Of a DNA stretch of 34,659 bases, positions 26,970 to 34,659 are shown piece after piece. This DNA is from a virus. Lineage: Duplodnaviria > Caudoviricetes. The translations under genes were made by a program, and so were the position numbers. The notes beneath the pieces were generated by a model that had not been told where the DNA came from, did not search any database, and saw nothing but the letters and a program-made list of their open reading frames with translations. How positions within the stretch are numbered: the stretch's first letter is position 1; each line of letters starts with the position of its first letter. The stretch is taken from positions 1 through 34,659 of the IMG/VR virus record IMGVR_UViG_3300036783_000349; one strand, given 5' to 3'.

Positions 26970-29315
26970 TCAGTACCATTGACGCCATTTGTCATCTTCC
27001 TGCAGGCGCTGGTTTCGATAGAACAAGCGTAGCCCGGCCCCAGATGGGATGCTGCCACCGCGCAGAAGGAGATCCACTTCCGCTTCACTGGCATCAAAGC
27101 CCCTGGACCGCAGTTCCACTTCGAGCTACAGCCGTTGGTGCTCCGTAATTTCCTGTTTGTACCCTTTCCGGCGCTTCGGTTTTACCAGGCGTAGCCGTGC
27201 CGTCAGCTCCCGCAATTCCTTTTTGCTCATATTTTCGAAGTCCGGCAGCGGCGTGGCCTCATCACTGCAGGATAGATCCCCCCCTGATATGTTTAAATTT
27301 TCTACAGGGGGACAGTTATTGCCACGAGTCCAAGGGGCGCGAGCGCCCTGGTCGGCTGTCGCCTCCTGAACGTCAACGGCCTTACGAACCTTTTTCCACT
27401 TCACCGCATGCGTGCAGATGCGGCCCTGCGTTAACGGGGACCAGACACCATAAATACGAATGCCGTGATCGCCGTAGGTGCTCGGCTCGTCGCTAAGCTC
27501 GTATGCCGTTCTGATTAGGTGATGTTTGCGGGGGACCAGCACACCGCCCTGCTTCGTGATGTAGGTTGCGAAGCAGCCCGCATCGGCAGCCGCCAGTACT
27601 GCATCCAGACGGGTTTCAGCCAGAACTGGCGCGCCGGCCTTCTTATCGCCTTGCTGTCTCGCAGCCTGACCGGCCAGCAATCGCAGCTCTCGGTATGCCT
27701 GCCGCCCCGGAATACCGAAGAATCGGAACTGCTGAACGCGGTGCAGGGAAGACCAGGCTGTGACGTGCTCCGCGCTGTCGCGCAGTGATCTGCCCGTTTC
27801 CTTGCTGACTTCTTTAGCCAGCCCGCGCCCGTCTATGTTCTTGCTGATGTATTTAGCGATATAGCTAGTCGGCGTGCCTTTGCGCGGATTGATCAACTCG
27901 GACTTAAAACGTGGGCCGGTATTTTTTCCCAGCTCCTCGCGGTCTTCGCGGATGGCGAATTTACGCAGCAATGCAGTGATAGAGCGGCGTTCTTTTTTGC
28001 GCATGAAACATAAAAGGTGCCAGTGTACGGTGCCGTCATGGTGTGGCTCGGCAACGCGAACGCCATACCAACGCAGTCCGGCCTTGTGCATGGCTTTGCG
28101 GAAGGCGGCAAATGTATCAACCAGATAATTACTGCTCTGCCGGACCGTTTCGCTGGTCCACTTCGGATTGGGCCTGCCGTTGTTGAGGGTGGCGTGGAAG
28201 CGTGACGGGCAGGTGATGGTATAGAAAACGGCACAGTCACTGCGCATTTCCGCGATAAGCTCCAACCCCTTAACGCAGGCCATCATTTCATTGCGACGGT
28301 GCGCGGGATTACTGCTGCTGGCGTTCACCACATCTTCCATATCCAGCGTATCACCGGCCTCATTGACCAGCTCATGCGAACGGAAGAACTCCAGTGACTT
28401 GCGACGCTGCTCGCGCTTATGGATCACAGCTTCATAGCTGACATACGGCGAAGCTTTTTTGTTAACCAGACAGACGGCGCGCAGCTGCTCTTCCCGCCAC
28501 TCACATCGCATCTGCCACAGCTTGCGATACCACCAGTTCGCGCAAAGCATGCGTGCCAGCGAACCCGGAATAAGGTCATAAGGCACGGGCTTACGGCGGC
28601 GTTTCTTGCGGCGAAGCTGCTCAAAAGCGGGCGGGATGACGTCTAAACGCATGGCTTCCGCAGCAACCCTTTCCCATGCCTGGCGGATTTCTTCCGGCTT
28701 GATGTCATCCGTAACAAACAGCTCACCGCAGGTCGAATCCAGACACATGCTCATGTGTGCGGCAACCAGCGTAGAAAGGCGTTTTACCTGGCCCTGGCTC
28801 ATTTCAGGCAGAACCAGCAACCCCTCCAGACCGTCATGGCTTGCCATGAACCGGAAAGAGGCAGACACCTGACTTTCACGTACACGCTCCAGTCGCTCAA
28901 GACACGGCCTGATGGTTTCGCGCAGATAGCGGGAGTAAGCCTTTGCCCGGCCCAGGCCATGAAAGAATTTAATGCGTTCCAGAAGAGGTTTGCTGACGTG
29001 TGCGGGTTCGGCGCTGACGTTAGCCAAAATGACTAAATCAGGATTAAAACGCTGTTGCTCACGCGCCATTCTGGCGCGGCTGCTTAGCTGTTCCTGTTCC
29101 ATTTCACGCTGAACAGGATCACGGGATTCATTGAAGAAATAGCGCTCCCAGACCTCATCACTCAGCGCCTCACGACGGAGCTGTTCCTGCTCGTTGTCGG
29201 CAGCGTACAGAGTGATCAGGTTTGAAAGCACAGAACCCGGCGCAACCTCCGCCGGGTCCAGATAGGGGTTTATCGCTTTTCTGCCTGCATTCCAGGAATA
29301 AGGATAGTTACTCAT
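26970..29315 (-). CDS. A: Replication endonuclease gpA, interrupted by in-frame TAG at 27126-27128
   Basis: HUH motif '[11 protein letters not shown]' and two-Tyr motif 'YIAKYISK'; the frame continues for 51 codons after the TAG to TGA at 26970-26972. Confidence 0.9.
27312..27340 (-). other. Probable rolling-circle ori within gene A
   Basis: GCGCCCCTTGGACTCGTGGCAATAACTGT resembles the P2 ori (GCGCCTCGGAGTCCTGTCAATAACTGT) at the equivalent position. Confidence 0.65.
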
Positions 29316-30142
29316 GCGATCCCCAGCTCAAGCTGGAAAGGCTGTAATCCTTTCGCTACCCATTCAGTAATAGATTGAGGCTGGACCGCTTCTATAGCGC
29401 CTTTAAGAATGGCGCAGCGATTTTTCAGGATGGTCGCTGTGAGTTCCTCTTCTGACAGGCCACGTGAATATTCAGCCTCACGTATTGCACGAGTCAGCTC
29501 AGGATATTTGGTATTAAATTTGGGGACATTGCAGGCAAGGTTTGTGCTGTCGGCCGTCGCCAGCGGATAGTTACCCAATACACGCCCATCGAGCATCCGC
29601 AGCCCATAAACCTGTGTCTGGAAATCGAACTTGCAGTAAATGGTTTCAAAAGCATCCTGCATTCGCCGGTGCCAGCGCTCAGTCCTAATCGTCGCGTACT
29701 CACCAGAGGACCCGAAGCAAACACGGGGCCACTCACGACACAGTTCAACCAAGCGGTGAATTGATTCATGGAAATGCCAGACTGGAACAGCCTTATCTCG
29801 CAGCATGGCAGGGACCTGTCGAATAAGAGCATCGTTATCTTTTTCACCCCCCTCAACTACATCAGGAATGACATAAAAGCTCACTTTGGGGTGGTGATAA
29901 AACGCCAAAAGCCACTGGTAAAACTTTGACCAGTCAATCACCAGATCACGTTTCCATGCTGAAAACGCGCCATTATCAATCGCGACAAGAGAAGCGAATT
30001 TTATGGAGGCATCAATCTGATCTGGCCGCGCATAGGAAACAAAAGCACCGGCTCCGCTCACCGCAATACGATGAACGTCACCGGCGCTCCCCCAGACAGG
30101 AGTACCGTGAAAATGGTGTACCGTCCGCGCAAGAACAGTCAT
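29312..30142 (-). CDS. TGT/DpdA-like TIM-barrel protein (putative base-exchange enzyme)
   Basis: Ordered motifs DNGAFS, PDVV, PVWH, FGSSG, (Y)GLRM, ADST; ATGA overlap with gene A. Confidence 0.55.
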   Translation of the reverse strand: MTVLARTVHHFHGTPVWGSAGDVHRIAVSGAGAFVSYARPDQIDASIKFASLVAIDNGAFSAWKRDLVIDWSKFYQWLLAFYHHPKVSFYVIPDVVEGGEKDNDALIRQVPAMLRDKAVPVWHFHESIHRLVELCREWPRVCFGSSGEYATIRTERWHRRMQDAFETIYCKFDFQTQVYGLRMLDGRVLGNYPLATADSTNLACNVPKFNTKYPELTRAIREAEYSRGLSEEELTATILKNRCAILKGAIEAVQPQSITEWVAKGLQPFQLELGIA

Positions 30143-30198
30143 GCACGAATCTCAAAAATCGTGCTGTTGCTGTAAGCCAGGACGATGTGAGTTTTCAT
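30139..30198 (-). CDS. 19-codon mini-ORF ([19 protein letters not shown]), possible gene remnant
   Basis: ATGA overlaps at both ends link the TraR-type gene to the TGT-like gene. Confidence 0.45.
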   Translation of the reverse strand: MKTHIVLAYSNSTIFEIRA

Positions 30199-30422
30199 AC
30201 GACTCCACCGTGATAGTGCTTCCCTTTCAGTTCTGCGATTTCCTGACACGTCACGCAACACTGCACGCCTGGAATAGCTTGTCTGCGAGCTGTTGGAATT
30301 GGCGCGTCACAGTCGATGCAAAGAACGCGGGCAATGCCCGGTTTTCTAGTGCGAGCGTTCTGAATATGGCGCTGCAGATTTTCTTCGACGCGCTGCTGTA
30401 CGAGATCCATGGAATCAGCCAT
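30195..30422 (-). CDS. TraR/DksA C4 zinc-finger protein (P2 orf82-like)
   Basis: MADSMDLVQQR...CIDCDAPIPTARR...CCVTCQ. Confidence 0.9.
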   Translation of the reverse strand: MADSMDLVQQRVEENLQRHIQNARTRKPGIARVLCIDCDAPIPTARRQAIPGVQCCVTCQEIAELKGKHYHGGVV

Positions 30423-30658
30423 CAGTGCCAGTCCCCGCGTGATTCAGCTTCATAACGGGCAACTTCACGGCGCAACAATTCCGCTGCCTCTATTCCGGTC
30501 ATTTCCTTCTGTAAGATGTGGAGCGCAAGCGCCTCCAAGCGGATGGAAACGGCAAAGGCACAGCTTTTACGCTCATCCAGACGGGTCTCGTTAAACAGCT
30601 GGAATAAACCGGCATCATCAGGTCCGGTTTTTGTGGTTCGGGTTTCACTATTTCGCAT
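30422..30658 (-). CDS. Conserved P2-family early protein (DUF2732-like)
   Basis: 'RLEALALHI...EAAELLR' motif and position upstream of the TraR-type gene. Confidence 0.7.
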   Translation of the reverse strand: MRNSETRTTKTGPDDAGLFQLFNETRLDERKSCAFAVSIRLEALALHILQKEMTGIEAAELLRREVARYEAESRGDWH

Positions 30659-30681
30659 CAACAATTCTCCTGAATTTGGGC

Positions 30682-30710
30682 AAAAGAATGCCCGGCGGGT
30701 TTACGCCATT
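30682..30710 (-). terminator. Probable early terminator (tR1-like)
   Basis: AATGGCGTAAACCCGCCGGGCATTCTTTT, a GC-rich stem followed by a T-rich tract in the intergenic gap. Confidence 0.45.
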
Positions 30711-30725
30711 AATTTCTGTTTTGGG

Positions 30726-31067
30726 TTAATTCGGCATGGTTAGCCGTTTTGGAAATAAGCTCACCACTGCACGAAAATGATTCATTGCTTTAATCAGCTC
30801 CCGCGTTTCGTCAGTAGTCAGCTCACTAATATTGACGCTGTGACGTTCTGCCGGAATTTTTGCCATAAAGAATATGGCGGCCAGTGCCCTCTCGTTCTGT
30901 TTGTGATTAATGTCGCGTGGGTCGCGCATCTCATGAATAAACCGTTCCAGCTCGTGCTCAATATTCAGACCAAACACTTTTGCTCTCAGCTCCGCTATAT
31001 GGTTCAGCCCATTCAGGCGCTGACCGGTGCTTAGTGGAACAGTCGCTGCAGGACCTTCAATAGCCAT
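30726..31067 (-). CDS. Conserved P2-family early protein (DUF5347-like)
   Basis: Start reassigned to MAIEGPAATVPLS; 'GLNHIAELR' and 'LIKAMNHFRAVVSLFP' motifs. Confidence 0.7.
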   Translation of the reverse strand: MAIEGPAATVPLSTGQRLNGLNHIAELRAKVFGLNIEHELERFIHEMRDPRDINHKQNERALAAIFFMAKIPAERHSVNISELTTDETRELIKAMNHFRAVVSLFPKRLTMPN

Positions 31068-31231
31068 GGTTTCCCCTGTTGGATAGTGGACAGGTCGGCC
31101 AAAAGTGCATCCTGCGAGCGGCACGGATGCCAGCGCTTACCATCTTTCCCCATGATCCAGCCGTGGCCGCAGTGCATTGCCGGGCTTTGCTTAACGAGAA
31201 GGGACGCAAATGAAGGTTCATTGTTCAGCAT
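31031..31231 (-). CDS. fil: Fil-family protein (186 fil-like)
   Basis: 'EPSFASLLVKQSPAMHCGHGWIMGKDGKRWHP'. Confidence 0.8.
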   Translation of the reverse strand: MLNNEPSFASLLVKQSPAMHCGHGWIMGKDGKRWHPCRSQDALLADLSTIQQGKPWLLKVLQRLFH

Positions 31232-31238
31232 AAACACC

Positions 31239-31748
31239 TCAGCTCAGCCCAAACGAGGAGCCAAGGCCCGTTACGGTATCGACGACGCTGGCCATTGCAG
31301 GGTTAGCCTGTAAACGAGCCTGCAGAGAAATCGCGGTAAGTGCCATTAGACGGGTAACGGAGTTGACACTTTCGACAACCTGGCGGCGAGTGGTCGCGTT
31401 CAGTTGAACACCAGAAACCGCACTGGCAGCGACACGACCGATTTCGGCGGTGGCTTTCAGGACGTACTGCGGCATTTTCTCCCGCGCGACTTCATTGGTT
31501 GGTACACATGGCAGGCAATGGATCTGCGCCAGAAAACCATCAACCAGCGTTGAGTCTTCGGTGATATCGGTTAGCAGCCAGATATCTGGCGCGGTGAGCT
31601 GGTGCGGCTGTTCCGGGTTCAGCTTGTTGCGCAGGGTTTGAACGTTCATACCTGCACGTTCTGCCAGCTTCGCCATGTTGTGACGTAGCGCGAAAGCCCG
31701 GCAGGCTTCATAGAAATGGGGATGTTTTGATATGCGATAGTCAAACAT
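31239..31748 (-). CDS. cII: CII establishment activator (186-type)
   Basis: MFDYRISKHPHF...TLRNKLNPEQPHQLT, 169 aa. Confidence 0.92.
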   Translation of the reverse strand: MFDYRISKHPHFYEACRAFALRHNMAKLAERAGMNVQTLRNKLNPEQPHQLTAPDIWLLTDITEDSTLVDGFLAQIHCLPCVPTNEVAREKMPQYVLKATAEIGRVAASAVSGVQLNATTRRQVVESVNSVTRLMALTAISLQARLQANPAMASVVDTVTGLGSSFGLS

Positions 31749-31780
31749 AGTCAGTTGCTCCGTGAAGTCTCAAAATGGAA

Positions 31781-32002
31781 CTAGTTGATAGCCACGTTGC
31801 AATCAGAAAGGGCATCGACAGTCATCGCAGCCATGTTAATCATCACTTTTTCACGCTTTTTGTCCTTGCGTAGGCGATGACGAGGCAACCGACCATCTGC
31901 AAGCATGTCGTTGATGGTGTCGATAGATAACCCAGTGAGTTCACTATATCTTTCGATAGTGACGTGGGGGGTGATGAGAGTGATTGAAATGTTAGGTCTC
32001 AT
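31781..32002 (-). CDS. apl: Apl/Cox regulator and excisionase
   Basis: MRPNISITLITPHVTIERYSELTGL winged-HTH; first gene of the lytic operon, divergent from cI. Confidence 0.85.
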   Translation of the reverse strand: MRPNISITLITPHVTIERYSELTGLSIDTINDMLADGRLPRHRLRKDKKREKVMINMAAMTVDALSDCNVAIN

Positions 32003-32051
32003 GATGCAACATTCCTCGTTTAGCAATGATTAATCAGGATGAATACTGATC

Positions 32052-32127
32052 GTTTGTATTTTGTGAACACCATAAACATACGGTCACATCATGAAATCGT
32101 CAAGGAAAAAGTTCACCTGGAGTGACC
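32052..32127. promoter_or_regulatory. Three 17 bp imperfect palindromes (probable CI operators)
   Basis: GTTTGTATTTTGTGAAC (32052), GGTCACATCATGAAATC (32082), GTTCACCTGGAGTGACC (32111); consensus GTTCACA-N3-TGTGAAC. Confidence 0.6.
32075..32103 (-). promoter_or_regulatory. Early lytic promoter pR
   Basis: TTGACG-17 bp-TATGTT pointing at apl. Confidence 0.8.
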
Positions 32128-32691
32128 ATGAATCTGGAAAAAGGCGGCCGTGGTGCCATAGAGCGTATGGTTGAAGCCTATGGTTTCAAGACAAGACAAG
32201 CTTTATGTGATCATTTAGGAATTTCAAAGAGCACACTAGCAACACGCTACATGCGCGATTCATTCCCTGCAGAATGGGTGATTCAATGTGCACTTGAAAC
32301 GGGCATCTCGCTTGAATGGTTGACGAAGGGGCACGGAGTAAAAGAAAGGTCACAAAATGTGAACCATATGAACATCGAGTTCTTAAGACTTGAGGACGGC
32401 GAGTTACAAAGCGTCGGCTGGAAGTTATTTGATCCTACAATTTTCTCAAAAGCACTTGTAAATCCCATATTAGTTAAAGAAAAAGAAAATTTATTTTTAT
32501 GTGATAAAAGCAACTCTGATATTAGGGATGGGCTTTGGCTTATTGAAATAGACCAGCATGTCTCATTAAAAGAAATCACAAGACTTCCTAATCAACAAGT
32601 TAAAGTCCATTCATCTAATGGTGCATTTGAATGCGCCATAGAAGAACTTAACTTTATTGGCCAAGTTAAATTCAAAATTTCATCATACTAA
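32128..32691 (+). CDS. cI: CI immunity repressor (186-type)
   Basis: 'AIERMVEAYGFKTRQALCDHLGISKSTLATRYMRDSFP' HTH and C-terminal 'DGLWLIEID' beta domain; ATG at 32128 or GTG at 32122. Confidence 0.92.
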   Translation: MNLEKGGRGAIERMVEAYGFKTRQALCDHLGISKSTLATRYMRDSFPAEWVIQCALETGISLEWLTKGHGVKERSQNVNHMNIEFLRLEDGELQSVGWKLFDPTIFSKALVNPILVKEKENLFLCDKSNSDIRDGLWLIEIDQHVSLKEITRLPNQQVKVHSSNGAFECAIEELNFIGQVKFKISSY

Positions 32692-32700
32692 GGTAGACTG

Positions 32701-33888
32701 ATGGAAAATTCATACTTTGACAAACATGAAATTAAAAAAATCATCGGACAAGTTCGACGCAGTAGCATTTTAAGAGATTCAAATCTATATCAGGGAAGTC
32801 TTTATCTAGATCTTGTAAAGACGTTCGAGAAATATCAAAACTTTATTCTTGATTGTGATGATAGCGGCCCTTTATCACAGAATTTAAAAAATAATCACAC
32901 TCTTATCTGTGAATTATGCAATGCATTATTAGAGGTTATGCAGGCTTTTTTAACAGGCGATGTACGTAGAGCATACAATATTTTCAGCGATATGCTTGAT
33001 AGACAAGAAGTAATCGATTGTTTTAACTTTATATCTAAACCTCTTGGTGAATGGGCCAGGCCAGAAAGACCACTATACCGCGTAAGGGCCAGTAGTAAAC
33101 CATTAGAATACAGAGAGGATATTTTTCACATACCCTTTAACATGAGACATTTGGTACAAACCCAGCGCTATTCTATTGCAGGTTTGCCATGTTTATATTT
33201 AGGAACATCATTATATATATGCTGGCAAGAGGTGGGCAAACCTGATTTTGATAAGCTATACGTTTCAGCATTATATGCAACCTCTGCAGCTAAAGAGTTA
33301 AACATTCTAAACTTTGCTTATAACTTAAATACTTTGGCAGATTATAGGTTTCTTAACGCGTTGAATGATGAATATAAAAACGATGGTGATATAAATAATA
33401 TACTATTATCCCACCTAATCCTCTGGCCTTTAGTTGCATCATGTAGTTATATAAAAAACAATGAATCTGGGGCGTTCAATCAAGAATATATAATCCCTAA
33501 TCTACTGATGCAAAAAATTGCCTCAGAGAGATTAAACAACATATCAGGCATAGCATATCTTTCAACAAAGTCAGTGAGAAATACGAATGCCAACCTAGGG
33601 GTAAATATAATTATACCCCCAAAATCCGATTTTGAAGAAATGCAAAGTAATAAATACTGTTCAATCTTATCTAATAGTTTTTTAATGACTACGCCTATTT
33701 CATGGCAACTATTAGAGGCATTAACCTACGATTATAAAGTTAGTAATGGCTTATCCCTAACGAAGAAAATTGAAAATATTCATGAAACTTTAATGGATGA
33801 TTATCATTTCACAACATTTTATAAACTTGAAGAAAAACTTAAGGATAAATTCCAGTTCAGAGCCTTAAATTCTTCTCGCATTGTTTAA
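32701..33888 (+). CDS. RES-domain protein (moron between cI and int)
   Basis: 'LYRVR', 'QRYSIAGLPCLYLG', 'WQE', 'EYIIPNLL' and 'GIAYLS' supply the R-E-S residues; very AT-rich. Confidence 0.8.
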   Translation: MENSYFDKHEIKKIIGQVRRSSILRDSNLYQGSLYLDLVKTFEKYQNFILDCDDSGPLSQNLKNNHTLICELCNALLEVMQAFLTGDVRRAYNIFSDMLDRQEVIDCFNFISKPLGEWARPERPLYRVRASSKPLEYREDIFHIPFNMRHLVQTQRYSIAGLPCLYLGTSLYICWQEVGKPDFDKLYVSALYATSAAKELNILNFAYNLNTLADYRFLNALNDEYKNDGDINNILLSHLILWPLVASCSYIKNNESGAFNQEYIIPNLLMQKIASERLNNISGIAYLSTKSVRNTNANLGVNIIIPPKSDFEEMQSNKYCSILSNSFLMTTPISWQLLEALTYDYKVSNGLSLTKKIENIHETLMDDYHFTTFYKLEEKLKDKFQFRALNSSRIV

Positions 33889-33906
33889 GCCTTGAAAAAA
33901 CATACA

Positions 33907-33936
33907 TTGACCACTGTTCAAACATACAGTTAAATT
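33907..33936 (+). promoter_or_regulatory. Putative int promoter with LexA-like box
   Basis: TTGACC-18 bp-TAAATT enclosing CTG-TTCAAACATA-CAG (33914-33929). Confidence 0.6.
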
Positions 33937-33937
33937 T

Positions 33938-33963
33938 AGCCCTCAGACATGAGGGCTTTTTTT
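33938..33963 (+). terminator. Terminator-like hairpin abutting the int start
   Basis: AGCCCTCA-GACA-TGAGGGCT followed by a T-run, then ATG at 33964. Confidence 0.75.
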
Positions 33964-34659
33964 ATGGCAGTACGAAAACTCGACACAGGAAAATGGATAT
34001 GCGAATGCTACCCTACAGGGCGCAGCGGCCGCCGTGTGCGTAAGCAGTTTGCCACCAAAGGCGAAGCGCTGGCTTTTGAGCGTCACACGATGGATGAGGC
34101 AGAAGCTAAGCCCTGGCTGGGTGAATCGGTAGACCGTCGGACTCTGAAAGACGTGGTTGAACTCTGGTACAAACTGCACGGCAAATCCCTAACCGCTGGC
34201 GAGCATGTTTACGACAAGCTGGTCCTGATAGTCGATGCACTCGGAAACCCTCTTGCTAGTGATCTCAGCTCGAAATTGTTCGCGCATTACCGTGACAAAC
34301 GCCTGACGGGTGAAATCTATTTCAGTGAGAAGTGGAAGAAAGGTGCCAGCCCGGTAACAATCAACCTCGAACAAAGTTATCTGAGTGGCGTTTTTAGCGA
34401 GCTGGCCCGACTCGGAGAATGGACTGCACCGAATCCGCTAGAGAATATGCGCAAATTCACCATTGCCGAGAAGGAAATGGCCTGGCTAACGCATGAGCAG
34501 ATCACAGAACTACTATACGATTGCCAACGCCAAAGCACCCTGCTCGCTTTGGTCGTCAAAATCTGCTTGAGTACTGGAGCGCGCTGGCGCGAAGCGGTGA
34601 ACCTCACCCGCTCCCAGGTCACAAAGTACCGAATCACGTTCGTCAGGACCAAAGGCAAA
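33964..34659 (+). CDS. int: Tyrosine integrase (186/HP1-type), 3' truncated by window edge
   Basis: Translated by hand: MAVRKLDTGKWICECYPTGRSGRRVRKQFATKGEA...ICLSTGARWREA...RTKGK; start and end segments are in the same frame. Confidence 0.93.
   Translation, partial: MAVRKLDTGKWICECYPTGRSGRRVRKQFATKGEALAFERHTMDEAEAKPWLGESVDRRTLKDVVELWYKLHGKSLTAGEHVYDKLVLIVDALGNPLASDLSSKLFAHYRDKRLTGEIYFSEKWKKGASPVTINLEQSYLSGVFSELARLGEWTAPNPLENMRKFTIAEKEMAWLTHEQITELLYDCQRQSTLLALVVKICLSTGARWREAVNLTRSQVTKYRITFVRTKGK

Larger units (their letters stand above)
2525..34659. mobile_element. P2/186/Fels-2-like prophage, right end not in window
   Basis: Full P2-type gene order from ogr to int. The left boundary is approximate (rybB 3' end) because the second att copy is outside the window. 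Confidence 0.95.

Noticed and set aside
29312-30142. Calling this ORF a Dam methylase because of its position
   Set aside because: No DPPY or FxGxG methyltransferase motifs.
33943-34658. Three short minus-strand ORFs at the right edge
   Set aside because: Antisense to the integrase, which the ORF track missed because its stop lies outside the window.

Overview
Enterobacteriaceae chromosome segment (ybjM, ybjL, and the sigmaE-dependent sRNA RybB at 2446-2524), followed by a nearly complete P2/186/Fels-2-type prophage that begins just after rybB and runs off the right edge inside its integrase gene. The core is canonical and in the expected order: ogr, tail (D U T E'/E FII FI), fibre and baseplate (G H I J W V), S R, lysis (lysC, lysB, endolysin, holin), X L M N O, P, Q, cos, tum, replication A, early genes, cII, apl, cI, int. 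Many cis sites are readable directly: three TGT-N12-ACA Ogr boxes, two LexA boxes, a family of CI-type operators, cos, ori and the E/E' slippery site. Four accessory slots hold AT-rich cargo: an O-acyltransferase beside a swapped Gly-rich tail-fibre tip, a solo TIR-domain protein between S and V, a P-loop ATPase with an amphipathic beta-hairpin insert between portal and cos, and an orphan RES-domain protein between cI and int. The two most unusual core-embedded genes are a catalytically degenerate duplicate of the terminase ATPase domain between P and Q, and a TGT/DpdA-like (possible 7-deazaguanine DNA transglycosylase) gene where relatives often carry Dam. Replication gene A carries an apparent premature amber stop. 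All family assignments come from motif recognition and synteny; no database search was run.
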